Both the position numbers and the translations under genes were made by a program. A DNA stretch of 64,000 nucleotides from Lingula anatina (lineage: Eukaryota; Animalia; Brachiopoda), in NCBI GenBank assembly GCA_051362555.1, contig CM120641.1, forward strand, positions 34,478,401 to 34,542,400, in the 5' to 3' direction. Numbering within the stretch: the stretch's first letter is position 1; every line of letters begins with the position of its first letter. Below, in pieces: positions 1-13,601 of this stretch. The notes below the pieces were generated by a model, which saw nothing but the letters and a program-made list of their open reading frames with translations, was not told the origin of the DNA and did no database searches.

Positions 1-130
1 TCCATCAGAAAAAGGTTGTTATTTTAAGTATAACCTTAGGAAAGGGGAAACACAGATTCTAAAATAATACTTTGCTGTCAGCTTTCTTAAAATGATTTTG
101 TTGTTAATTTGTAATTATTATTCTATACAG

Positions 131-3100
131 GTAGAATCACTTGGCCTTGTTGAAGATGTTATTGCAGTTACTACTAAAGAGCCAGCTGCAAAAAACAGAT
201 ATATCTATGTAGATGGGAAGTTACATGCACTACCTAACAGTAAGGGAATAGTTTAGGAAGGTTTCATTTTTCATATTGTTTTTAAGTGTGAAAACTGTGA
301 AAGGAAAAAATAATAGTATTTATCTTATACTTTCTAATAATGTTAAGCAAAAATATTTTATTCTACTATTCTTAGACTCCTGCTAGAAAGACAATCATGT
401 TTGAAAACCATAGTTTAAAACATTTTTAAACATTCTAATGGCATGTAGTGTATCATGTTTGAAATCATCTCTCTAATGCTTGTCTAAAAATTTTAAGGGT
501 GTCCATTTTATATAATTCCAGGTCTCTTTAAGACTTTGTCAAAGCAGTCACCATTTTCTAAATCCTTAGCACACTATGTTTTCAAAGAAATGTCAATCCC
601 TGCAAAATCCACCTCATCAGATGAATCGGTCTATGATTTCTTTTCAAGAAGATTTGGTGCAGAGGTGAGTTATTTATTTATTTATTTATTTATTATTCAC
701 ATAAAAAGATTCATACATACAGAATGACCGGTGACTTTCTAGTTATACTTCTTGAAGATGTTACAGTCTGATACCCTATATATATAAAAATTCTGGAAAG
801 CACCATGCAGCCTTAAGTGAAATTTATTATGAGTTATAAATAAATAAATAAATTGACAATGTAACATCATATTTTAATATTTTGTATATTTTATAATATT
901 TTAATATTTTAATAAAGATATGTGTTTAAAAAGTGAAGTACGTACATTTGTCAGCTTCTGTTGGCTTATAATTTGTGCATGTTTCTATTAAAATCTTTGC
1001 TGTGCAATTTATATTTCCAGTTGAACATGGAAAGTCTGTTAGTTAGCTTAATATAATAATAACTGCAACCTTTGTCTTGTAATACTTTTCACCAGGTCAC
1101 TAACTATGCAGTTGGAGCATTGTGCAGGGGGATTTATGCAGCAGATACCAAACTGTTGAGCATGAAAGCATGTTTTCCATCATTGTTAGAAGCAGAGAAT
1201 AAGTATGGCTCAGTGATTAAAGGGATCTTAGGTGAGCTAACTATTATCTTATATATAATATGTATTGAACAGTTATCATACAAGAAGATTTGGAATGCAT
1301 TCATACTAATTATACTGTTGGGTTTTTTACAATCCCTGCTATTTTCAACTGTAGCTTCAGGGAGCAAAACCTTAGAAAATTATTGAAATTAAAACAAAGC
1401 CCAATCAGTAGATATTCAATAATAAAATAAATGTTTGGGGTAGATGAATTCCAACATGGTGTGTGTATGGTTAAAGGTTAAGCAAATTAAAATTGCAATT
1501 ATTATGACAAGTTGAAACAATTATAACCCATTTTTGTATAGAACACACATTCATAGTGTACTACTCATGTATTTTAGGTTCACTGACAGAGAAAACAAAA
1601 CCACAAAATGTGGATTCAGCTGGTGACATACTCGGGCCAAATGGTGAGAGCAGAATGTTACAAAGAGCTAAAAATGAGAGATGGTCAGTGTGGTCGTTGC
1701 AAGAAGGGCTGTCTCAACTCCCTGTGGCTTTAGCTTCTGAGCTAAAGCGAGATCATAGAGTAGATGTCCAACTTAATACCTGTTGCAAAGAAGTCAACTT
1801 CAGAGGGTCTAAAGCCATTGTAAGTCTACTTATTTGAAATTTGTCATTTATATACAACCAATTTTATCACCAGGTAATATTAAGGTAGTGACATGTATTC
1901 AGATCTCCACCTGCCTGAACCTCTAGTTTCAATATTATTTTTTTGTATTTTCGGAATAGTAGTATTTGTTATTAAAAACTTGTAAAAACGACAATTATGA
2001 AAATGTTTTCACTTTATTCAAATAATTTTAAAACATCACAGTTGCAAATATATTTCATTGTCAGGTACAAACAGAAAAAGGATGTGTGGAGGCAGATTAC
2101 ATATTTTCTTCAATATATGCAAAAAGTAAGCTGCCATATGCAACCATTCTATCATAATAACCAAGATATTGGCTGCACCATAATTTTCCTATGTGTCTAA
2201 ATGTAGGTCATTACTCTGCTAAACTCTCTAGGGAGTGAATTTAAAAGAAGTTATAAGAAAAAGTATGTTTTAATGATTATTTATATACAAATGTTAAATA
2301 AATTCTGGATTAATTTTGTTATCTTTACTGAAATTTTAACTCCAAGTTTTTGTTATTTCTTTATTTTTTAACAATTGTAGCTTTATCTCAGCTCCTCACT
2401 GGTGTCAGTAAGTTGACCAGCCTGCTCCACTCCATCCAAGCTGTCACTGTGGCTGTTGTCAATCTGGAGTACAGCGACCTGGAGTTTAAAGTGGAGGTAA
2501 TTGTCAGCATTTGCAAATGGAAGTTTGATTACATCTAAATGTTGTCATTCAAAAGAATGGCACATTAAAGAAGCTGCAACAGTCAATTAAGACGATTAAG
2601 ACAATGGAATGAAAGTACTAAAGCATATGTTTGATAATTATCATATATATATATATATATATATATACACAATCAACTAATTTACTTGTGAATGGCTACA
2701 CACTTTTCAACTCCCTGCACATCCAGAAAAGTATCTGATTTTCATTCAATTTTTTAACTACTGGGTAGAATGAGGGGCACACACCCAGACTCCTACTTAA
2801 AGCTGTGTGCCTTAAGCTTGGGCACTTGCATTTTTATTATTATTATTATTATTATTTTTTTTTGAATGCCCACTTACATCTCTACAATACTCTCAATACT
2901 CTACTTTGAAAAATCTGTATCACAGCTCAGCAGTTTATCAAGTTTTAACAAGAAAGCCATAAAAGCCTTTATGAATGATTTTGTAATCAAAATGACTCTC
3001 TTAGACCCCATTCCCAGAGATTAGAGCGATCTACTTTAGATCGACCTAACTCCCTGGGGTTCACGCTAAATGGCTGTCAGCCGAGCGAGCACGAAAGTTA

Positions 3101-6100
3101 ATTACCCCCTTACAGCTTGTAGTAGGCGTGAAACATTTAACCCAGATTATCTGACAGTAATCTAGTGAGACTCCCTGCGGGGATAGATCAATCTAAAAGC
3201 TCTGGGAATATGCCCTTAGTATGTTATTACATATCTACAATTTCACCAAAGTCAAAAATTACAAGAAATGCAAGTCTGTCCTATTCAGGAATTGTGGTAA
3301 ACTTTTATTTAGGTGGACTCTGCTTTAAATTACAGGTATATTGCTAATTGTCTTTTGTTAATTTTGTTTGTAGGGTTTTGGACATCTTGTTCCTCCTGAT
3401 CAGCCATCCAATGTAATAGGTGTTATATATGATTCTTGTAGTTTTCCTGACAGAGTGGTAGGCAACCGAACAGTATTCACAGTAAGTACCTTATTTTATT
3501 ATTTTCCTAACATTGGGCTATGTCTATAACTTTTGTCCATCACTGGCATGTAGATCAGTTAAGACATATTATAGTCAGTGGTGTGTATAAGGAAAATGGT
3601 AAACCTGGAAATTGTGCCCCTTTCTTAAGATGACACCATGACCTATTTGTTACTCTGGTGATCCAAACAGATGATGGAAAATTATATTCAGTAAAACCTT
3701 GACATTGAAGAAATACTGCCATACTTGCTAACATAAAAGCCTGTATTGATATTTCAGTGTATGCTTGGTGGAACTTGGTTTAAAGAGCAGTTTGGAGATC
3801 CAGATAAAGTAGATCCAGACTACCTTACATCATTAGCCATTTCTGCACTACAAGAGCAATTGGGAATAACACAACCTCCTTGCAGAACATACATTGGGAT
3901 ACAGAAAGTAAGCAAAACAATAAACATATAATTGTACCACCAGCGTTTCGGTCCCGTCCGGATCGTTCCGCCGGCTCCGCCGAACGGCTACCGTTACCCC
4001 TTCTCCTCCTAGACGGTAAGGGCCCCCGTACCCATCTCATGGATTTAGGTCACCTATAATCTCAACTCGTTCCACGTAAAATTTGGGCTTTGTCGGTATT
4101 GGGGTCTGGGTGTGGCACTCATTGCAATGCACCCTTGTCTAAAAATGGCAAAATTAAATGCTAATTATCTACCCTACGGAAGGAGTTATGGGAAAAATTT
4201 CTATAGACGGCTTTCCAAAAGTCATATGTGTAGATTTCAAATATACCCTTGGGTTTGACCTTTGACCTCTACTTCAAGGTCAAATGGGCCAAAATTTTCA
4301 AAAAAATGAAATTTTTTACGAAAAAAATTTTTTTTGCCCTGTTATTCAGACACCACACAGACTTAACCAATAATATTATTGGAAAGTGTTACCCTTCAGG
4401 TCATCTTTCATTTCCATGAATTTGGGGTCAATCGGTGCATTTTCACGGGAGTAGCGGCCATAAGATACCGAAACTGAAAACTGTCTCTAATTCGGGAACC
4501 GTTAATGCTAGAGACCCATTCTTTTTTGCATTTTGTAGAGCATGTAAAGCCCAACACTGGAGGTGGTCTCGGTTTTTTTGTATTCCATACGGTTTTCGAG
4601 TTACGCTGTATCAAAAAGTACATATTGGTGGTAAAAGCAAAATGTGCAGTACGGTAATGGATAATAAATTTTGAACTCTGGAAAAATAAAACATAAGGCT
4701 TGGCAAAGCAGACAACTTGTGTTCAAAAATGACATTATTTCATCAAATTTGAACTTCTGAAACTTCAGAGCACCTCCTATTTCAAGAATTTTGACCAAAA
4801 TGACATTTTCTTTATTTTAATTAATTTTTTCTGTACGAAATTTAAGGCACATTATGGTAACTCCAAAATTATAACATCTAGTCCCTTATATCTCCAAAAC
4901 TGGCAGAGATAGGTCCATAGTTACTATTGAAGTTGAATAGGAAGTCATATACTGGCAATCTTACTATGACCTTGAAATTGACCTTTGACCTACTTTTCAC
5001 CATGAACTGCACTTTGCAAATTTTTCTTCCCTTTTATCTCCAAAACTGGCAGAGATAGGTCCATAGTTACTATTGAACTTGAATAGGAAGTCATATACTG
5101 GCAATCTTACTATGACTTTGAAATTGACCTTTGACCTACTTTTCACCATGAACTGCACTTTGCAAATTTTTCTTCCCTTTTATCTCCAAAACTGGCAGAG
5201 ATAGGTCCGTAGTTACTATTGAACTTGAATAGGAAGTCATATACTGGCAATCTAAATGTGACCTTAAAATTGACCTTTGACCTACTTTTCACCACGAACT
5301 GAACTTTGCAAATTTTGCTTTCCTCTATCTCCAAAACTGGCTGAGATAGGTCCGTAAATACTATTGAACTTGAATAGGAAGTCATATACTGGCAATCTAA
5401 ATGTGACCTTAAAATTGACCTTTGACCTACTTTACACCATGAACTGAATTTTGCAAATTTTGCTTTCCTTTTATCTCCAAAACTGGCTGAGATAGGTCCG
5501 TAGTTACTATTGAACTTGAATAGGAAGTCATATACTGGCAATCTAAATGTGACCTTAAAATTGACCTTTGACCTACTTTACACCATGAACTGAATTTTGC
5601 AAATTTTGCTTTCCTTTTATCTCCAAAACTGGCTGAGATAGGTCCGTACTTACTATTGAACTTGAATAGGAAGTCATATACTGGCAATCTAAATGTGACC
5701 TTGAAATTGACCTTTGACCTACTTTTCACCATAAACTGAACTTTGCAAATTTTGCTTCCCTTTTATCTCCAAAACTGGCAGAGATAGGTCCGTAGTTACT
5801 ATTGAACTTGAATAGGAAGTCATATACTGGCAATCTAAATGTGACCTTGAAATTGACCTTTGACCTACTTTTCACCATGAACTGAACTTTGCAAACTTTT
5901 CTTCCCTTTTATCTCCAAAACTGGCTGAGATAGGTCCGTAGTTACTATTGAACTTGAATAGGAAGTCATATACTGGCATTATAAATGTGACATTAAAATT
6001 GACCTTTGTCCTACTTTTCACCATAAACTGAACTTTGCAAATTTTGCTTCCCTTTTATCTCCAAAACTGGCAGAGATAGGTCCATAGTTACTATTGAACT

Positions 6101-9100
6101 TGAATAGAAAGTCATATACTGGCAATCTAAGTGTGACCTTGAAATTGACCTTTGACCTACTTTTTATCATGAACTGAACTCTGCTAATTTCTTTCTCTTT
6201 TAACTTCAAACTTGACAGAGATAGGTCCATAGTTACTCTTGAACTTGAATAGGAAGTCATATACTGGCAATCTAAATGTGACCTTGAAATTGACCTTTGA
6301 CCTACTATTCACCATGAACTGAACTTTGCAAACTTTTCTTCCCTTTTATCTCCAAAACTGGCTGAGGTAGGTCCGTAGTTACTATTGAACTTGAATAGGA
6401 AGTCATATACTGGCAATCTAAATGTGACCTTGAAATTGACCTTTGTCCTACTTTTCACCAAGAACTGAACTTTGCAAATTTTGCTTCCCTTTTATCTCCA
6501 AAACTGGCAGAGATAGGTCCATAGTTACTATTGAACTTGAATAGAAAGTCATATACTGGCAATCTAAATGTGACCTTGAAATTGACCTTTGACCTACTTT
6601 TCACCATGAACTGAATTTTGCAAATTTTGCTTCCCTTTTATCTCCAAAACTGGCTGAGATAGGTCCATAGTTACTATTGAAGTTGAATAGGAAGTCCTAT
6701 ACTGGCAATCTAAGTGTGACCTTGAAATTGACCTTTGACCTACTTTTTATCATGAACTGAACTCTGCTAATTTCTTTCTCTTTTAACTTCAAACTTGACA
6801 GAGATAGGTCCATAGTTACTCTTGAACTTGAATAGGAAGTCATATACTGGCAATTTACTGTGACCTTGAAATTGACCCTTGACCTACCTTACTAAGAACT
6901 TAAATTTGATTGTACCATATATATTTTTTGCAATAGTTTAAAAATTCTTGTTGATTGCATTTTTACAGCTTGTCAAGCACAAAACTGGTGGCTGTGTCCC
7001 TTATTTTGTGTATGTGGGGGTCTATACGAATGCGTTTGCTCCAGCTGGTGGTACAATATTTGGAGGCGGTATCGCCTCTCTGATCCTCTAGTTTTAATTA
7101 TTTTTTTCTGTACGAAATTTAAGGCACATTATGGTAACTCCAAAATTATAACATTTTGTCCCTTATATCTCCAAAACTGGCAGAGATAGGTCCATAGTTA
7201 CTATTGAAGTTGAATAGGAAGTCATATACTGGCAATCTTACTGTGACCTTGAAATTGACCTTTGACCTACTTTTCACCATGAACTGAACTTTGCAAATTT
7301 TGCTTCCCTTTTATCTCCAAAACTGGCAGAGATAGGTCCATAGTTACTATTGAAGTTGAATAGGAAGTCATATACTGGCAATCTTACTGTGACCTTGAAA
7401 TTGACCTTTGACCTACTTTTCACCATGAACTGAACTTTGCAAATTTTGCTTCCCTTTTATCTCCAAAACTGGCAGAGATAGGTCCATAGTTACTATTGAA
7501 GTTGAATAGGAAGTCATATACTGGCAATCTAAATGTGACCTTGAAATTGACCTTTGACCTACTTTTCACCATGAACTGAACTTTGCAAATTTTGCTTTCC
7601 TTTTATCTCCAAAACTGGCTGAGATAGGTCCGTAAATACTATTGAACTTGAATAGGAAGTCATATACTGGCAATCTAAATGTGACCTTGAAATTGACCTT
7701 TGACCTACTTTTCACCATGAACTGAACTTTGCAAATTTTGCTTCCCTTTTATCTCCAAAACTGTCTGAGATAGGTCCGTAAATACTATTGAACTTGAATA
7801 GAAAGTCCTATACTGGCAATCTAAATGTGACCTTGAAATTGACCTTTGACCTACTTTTCACCATAAACTGAACTTTGCAAATTTTGCTTTCCTTGTATCT
7901 CCAAAACTGGCAGATATAGGTCCGTAGTTACTATTGAACTTGAATAGGAAGTCATATACTGGCAATCTAAATGTGACCTTGAAATTGACCTTTGACCTAC
8001 TTTTCACCATGAACTGAACTTTGCAAATTTTGCTTCCCTTTTATCTCCAAAACTGGCTGAGATAGGTCCGTAAATACTATTGAACTTGAATAGAAAGTCC
8101 TATACTGGCAATCTAAATGTGACCTTAAAATTGACCTTTGACCTACTTTTCACCATGATCTGAACTTTGCAAATTTTTCTTCCCTTTTATCTCCAAAACT
8201 GGCAGAGATAGGTCCATAGTTACTATTGAACTTGAATAGGAAGTCATATACTGGCAATCTAAATGTGACCTTAAAATTGACCTTTGACTATTGAACTTGA
8301 ACTGAATTTTGCAAATTTTGCTTTCCTTTTATCTCCAAAACTGGCTGAGATAGGTCCGTAGTTACTATTGAACTTGAATAGGAAGTCATATACTGGCATT
8401 CTAAATGTGACCTTAAAATTGACCTTTGACCTACTTTTCACCATGAACTGAACTTTGCAAATTTTGCTTCCCTTTTATCTCCAAAACTGGCAGAGATAGG
8501 TCCATAGTTACTATTGAACTTGAATAGGAAGTCATATACTGGCAATCTTAATGTGACCTTAAAATTGATCTTTGACCTACTTTTCACCATGAACTGAACT
8601 TTGCAAATTATTCTTCCCTTTTATCTCCAAAACTGGCAGAGATAGGTCCATAGTTACTATTGAACTTGAATAGGAAGTCCTATACTGGCAATCTAAGTGT
8701 GACCTTGAAATTGACCTTTGACCTACTTTTTATCATGAAGTGAACTCTGCTAATTGTACCACCAGCGTAGGCGCTGGCGGTACACATGGTTTTAGTCCCG
8801 ACCCGTATGTTCCGCCGGCTCCTGCGGCTCCGCCGGCCCCTGCGGCTCCGCCGCCAAGTCACCGTTACCGCTTCTCCTCCTAGACTACTAGGGCCTGCGT
8901 ACCCATCTCTTGGATTTAGGTCACCTATAATCTCAACTGGTTCCACGTAAAATTTGGGCTTTGTCGGTATTGGGGTCTAGGTGTGGCACTCATTGCAATA
9001 CACCCTTGTCCAAAAATGGCAAAATTAAATGCTAATTATCTACCCTACGGAAGGAATTATGGGAAAAATTTGTACAGATGGCTTTCCAAAAGTCATATGT

Positions 9101-12100
9101 GTAGATTTCAAATATGCCCTTGGATTTGACCTTTGACCTTTATTTCAAGGTCAAACGGGCCAAAATTTAAAAAAAAAAATGAAATTTTTTACGAAAAAAA
9201 TTTTTTTGGCGCTGTTATTCAGACACTACACAGACTTAACCAATAATATTACTGGAAAGTGTTACCCTTTGGGTCATCTTTCATCTCTGTGAATTTGGGG
9301 TCAATCGGTGCATTTTCACGGGAGTAGCGGCCATAAGATACCGAAACTGAAAACTGTCTCTAATTCGGGAACCGTTAGTGCTAGAGACCCATTCTTTTTT
9401 GCATTTTGTAGAGCATGTTAAGCCCAACACTGGAGGTGGTCTCCGTTTTTTTGTATTCCATACGGTTTTCAAGTTATGCTGTATCAAAAAGTACATATTG
9501 GTGGTGAAAGCAAAATGTGCAGTACGGTAATGGATAATAAATTTTGAACTCCCGAAAAATAAAACATAAGGCTTGGCGAGGCAGACAACCTGTGATCACA
9601 AATGACATTATTTCATCAAATTTGAACATCTGGAACTTCAGAGCACCTCCCATTTCAAGAATTGTGGCCAAAATGACCTTTTCTTTATTTTAATTAATTT
9701 TTTCTGTACGAAATTTATGGCACATTATTGTAACTCCAAAATTATAACATTTAGTCCCTTATATCTCCAAAACTGGCAGAGATAGGTCCATGGTTACTCA
9801 GCCATTCCACGAAAAAGGGTACAATTCTGAATAATACCTGTCGCAGCTTATTTTCAGTAGTAAAAGCATCTGCAATTTAGCTTTTTTTAGCCTTTTTTAG
9901 CAGGACCCGATGTGTTCTACTTAAAAAACAACAATTGATATAGTACCACTTGCTTTGACGGGAACCCCGGGGGTCTATATGCCGCAAAAAGCACGATTTC
10001 GACGTGTCGCTCCGGTATTATAGCTGATTCGCCACAAGAAAAAGTTTATATTTTCCCGTATTTTAGTGTTTTTAGTCCTCAACTAATTTGAATTCATGTT
10101 TCTTTTTATCATACATGGTGTTCTCTGACGAATTTGTTGGTTAGTTACGTCACTGTCATAGTTTAATCAATGTCGCTCAGTAACCCCTAACCTCCGTAAC
10201 GCTTTTTTAACTCAGTGTAAGAATAAAAGAAAATGCTCTTAAATGGCCTTCCTGTGCATTTTTCAAACTCTTAATACATGAAGTTTAATAAAACAGTGCT
10301 ATTTGTTAATTTTGAATGATGCGATCCATCATAGAGAATGTTAACTCACAAAAGTCGGGGTGTCGCATTTAAGAGCCTAACCTCAGTAACGAACCAAATT
10401 TGAAGAAAATGTTGTTTTAGAAAGTTAAAAACATCATTTTTGTTAAGCAAAGACCAACTTCTTCCTAAAAAATTCATTCAATAGTTATGCAAAGTTATCC
10501 CGAGGATAAAAACTGAAAAAGAGTGCGTGTCACCTTGCATCCGTTATGCTAACCTCCGTTACCGAAATAGGTTAATTGTTATAAAAATGACTGTTAATAC
10601 TTTTAAACGTTATTTCTGTGGTTTTGTGAGTTAGTTCTGATAATAGAAGTAGTTCTACTTCTATGTTCTGATGTAGTATGCATTCATACGGCTTGCTGTT
10701 AAAGACATTACCCCGTATTAATATAGATATAAAATATACATATATAGCTGATAATTCTATCAAGATAAGCTAACCATTTAAGTTTTTACTCGAGTTTGCT
10801 ATAAAATCGAGGGTAAATCGTGATTTGTTTTTTCAAATTGATTTCCATTTGTCACTTGACGATGCCTTTTTGAACTTATCATTCTGATTTTAAGCGAAAT
10901 GAGGAGTTTTCAGGATTGTCTTGGCAAGAAAAATGGTACTAGCTGACATCAGTACTAGCGTATATGTAGCAGACATTATTTTCGCGGGAGACATATGGCG
11001 AAATATATTAAGCAATGAAGCAACGCTTGTATTTATCAGGTAGAATTGCGGGGTTATTAGGCCCTATTTTACTGTTTCAGTAGCACATAATAGTTTTTAA
11101 CATCTTCTAGATGCTTCCAGTAACTTTAAATGGACAATTATCCGCAAACACGTGTCTATTGTCGGCCTACTTGATTGTATACATCAACTTTCTCGGGTAT
11201 TGTGTTGTTTTTTACTGCCTATAGCTGCGATCATGTACATGTAGGTTTAATGTTTTGTTATTATGTAACGTTTGTCGTATCTGTAATACTACAAATTCCG
11301 AATTCAGCCTCTAAAGTCTACTTTAAGCTAAGAAATATCAAAACAAATATGATTGCTATTAATGACCTAACCTCCGTTACGAAATTACTCATTTTTCATT
11401 TGAACATTGGATATGCGTGTGCTCATTGATCAATGCTCATATCATAATAGATTGATTGCACTTTGTTCATAAACAAATAGTATGATAAAAAAGAAAGTCT
11501 GTCCACAATGATTAATAAAATATTTAAATTTGAATATCTCAGGCTTTGTATTTATAGAAAACGAGCCACTTATTATCAATGTGTTTGCACCGCATTTTCT
11601 ATAATTGAAGAGAAATCTTAAATGGGCAATAATATTTTGAATACATACAAAATCTTAATAATTGAATCAAATATGGAGCCTGTGACCTTTGGCATGATTG
11701 AAATATAACCTAATTTAGATGTTACCTAACCTCCGTAACGAAAAAAAATACTGTACCATGTTTACACGTGCATATTTCTTTAAATACAGTAATGGTGTGG
11801 GTTAAAATTCTTCTACTACTCTCTGAATACCTCTTCATCAAAATAATATAAAAAGTTTTCCAGTTTTGCAAAGTTCATATCACTGCATTTCTTGTTTTGA
11901 AATTGTACCCCTTTTCGTGGAATGGCCGTACTATTGAACTTGAATAGGAAATCATAATTATACTGGCAATCTAAGTGTGACCTTGAAATTGACCTTTGAC
12001 CTACTTTTCACCATGAATTGAACTTTGCAAATTTTTCTTCCCTTTTATCTCCAAAACTGGCAGAGATAGGTCCATAGTTACTATTGAACTTGAATAGGAA

Positions 12101-13561
12101 GTCATATACTGGCAATCTAGATGTGACCTTGAAATTGACCTTTGACCTACTTTTCATCATGATATGAAGTTTACAAATTTTGGTTCCCTTTTATCTCCAA
12201 AACTGGTAGAGATAGGTCCATAGTTACTATTGAACTTGAATAGGAAGTCATATACTGGCAATATAAATGTGACCTTGAAATTGACCTTTGACCTACTTTT
12301 CATCATGAATTGAATTTTGCAAATTTTGTTCCCTTTTATCTCCAAAACTAGCAGAGATAGGTCCATAGTTACTATTGAACTTGAATAGGAAGTCATATAC
12401 TGGCAATATAAATGTGACCTTGAAATTGACCTTTGACCTACTTTTCATCAGGAATTGAACTTTGCAAATTTCCGTTCCCTTTTATCTCCAAAACTGGTAG
12501 AGATAGGTCCATAGTTACTATTGAACTTGAATATGAAGTCATTAGAGGCAATTTACTGTGACCTTAAAATTGACCTTTGACCTACTTTTAACCATGAACT
12601 TAACTTTGCAAATTTTGGTTCCCTTTTATTTCCAAAACTGATAAGATACGCCCATAGTTACTATTGAATTTGAATAGGAAGTCATATACTGGCAAACTAA
12701 GTGTGACCTTGAAATTTATGTTTGACCTACTTTTTATCATGAATTGAAGTTTACAAATTTTGGTTCCCTTTTATCTCCAAAACTGGCAGAGATAGGTCCA
12801 TAGTTGCTATTGAACTTGAATAGGAAGTCATATACTGGAAATTTACTGTGTTTTGAAATTGACCTTTGACCTATTTTACTATGAACTGAACTTTGATTGT
12901 ACCATTTTTAGTTATATATTTTTTTTGCATATTTTGAGAATTCTTGTTGATTGCATTTTTTACAGCTTGTCAAGCACAAGACTGGTGGTGGTGTCCCTTT
13001 TTTCTGTGTGTGGGGGTCTATATGATCGCGCTTACCCCAGCTGGTGGTACAATATTCGGAGGCGGTATCGCCTCTCTGATCCTCTAGTTTCTTTCTCTTT
13101 TAACTTCAAACTTGACAGAGATAGGTCCATAGTTACTCTTGAACTTGAATAGGAAGTCATATACTGGCAATTTACTGTGACCTTGAAATTGACCCTTGAC
13201 CTATCTTACAAAGAACTTATATTTGATTGTACCATATATATTTTTTGCAATAGTTTAAAAATTCTTGTTGATTGCATTTTTACAGCTTGTCAAGCACAAA
13301 ACTGGTGGCTGTGTCCCTTATTTTGTGTATGTGGGGGTCTATACGAATGCGCTTGCTCCAGCTGGTGGTACAATATTCGGAGGCGGTATCGCCTCTCTGA
13401 TCCTCTAGTTTTTATAATTTTTAATTTTTATCTACGTTTTAGAATAATTATTGTGAATCGATAGGTAATTGTATAAATATATTTTGTTTCTTTTAGGTGG
13501 GACTCAACCTCTTCCCATCATGCATCATTGGTTTCAACAGCCTCCCCAATCTCATCCCAGA

Positions 13562-13601
<40 letters not shown>

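Larger units (their letters stand above)
8754..13087 (+). mobile_element. Second copy (B) of the same Helentron/HINE family, inserted inside element A
   Basis: Begins with TTGTACCACCAGCG-TAGG-CGCTGGCGGTACA (subTIR plus its IR, forming a stem-loop), then a (CCGGCT/CCTGCGGCT)-type microsatellite and a ~900-bp body homologous to 3990-4890. Ends GCTGGTGGTACAAT...GAGGCGGTATCGCCTC...CTAG at 13087. Removing it restores the variant monomer seen intact at 6762-6800. Confidence 0.9.
3932..13408 (+). mobile_element. Non-autonomous Helentron/HINE (DINE-1-like) element A with internal satellite arrays; outer element of a nest
   Basis: 5' subterminal IR ATTGTACCACCAGC (3931), followed by a GC-rich microsatellite-like tract. 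3' module: GCTGGTGGTACAAT, then hairpin GAGGCG-GTAT-CGCCTC, then CTAG followed by a T-run. This 3' module occurs at ~7043-7091 and again at ~13361-13408. No TSD other than T-rich flanks. Confidence 0.85.

Noticed and set aside
3825-4798. Short ORFs duplicated at 8680-9671
   Set aside because: They fall in the non-coding body of the two Helentron-like copies, and no Rep or helicase motifs are present.
5143-6260. Minus-strand ORFs MPVYDFLFKFNSNYGP... (also 12157-12396)
   Set aside because: They are translations of the 146-bp satellite, which shifts frame every unit; not genes.
4889-12880. Regularly spaced repeats as a CRISPR array
   Set aside because: Entire 146-bp units are repeated, there are no unique spacers or cas genes, and the context is a eukaryotic intron.
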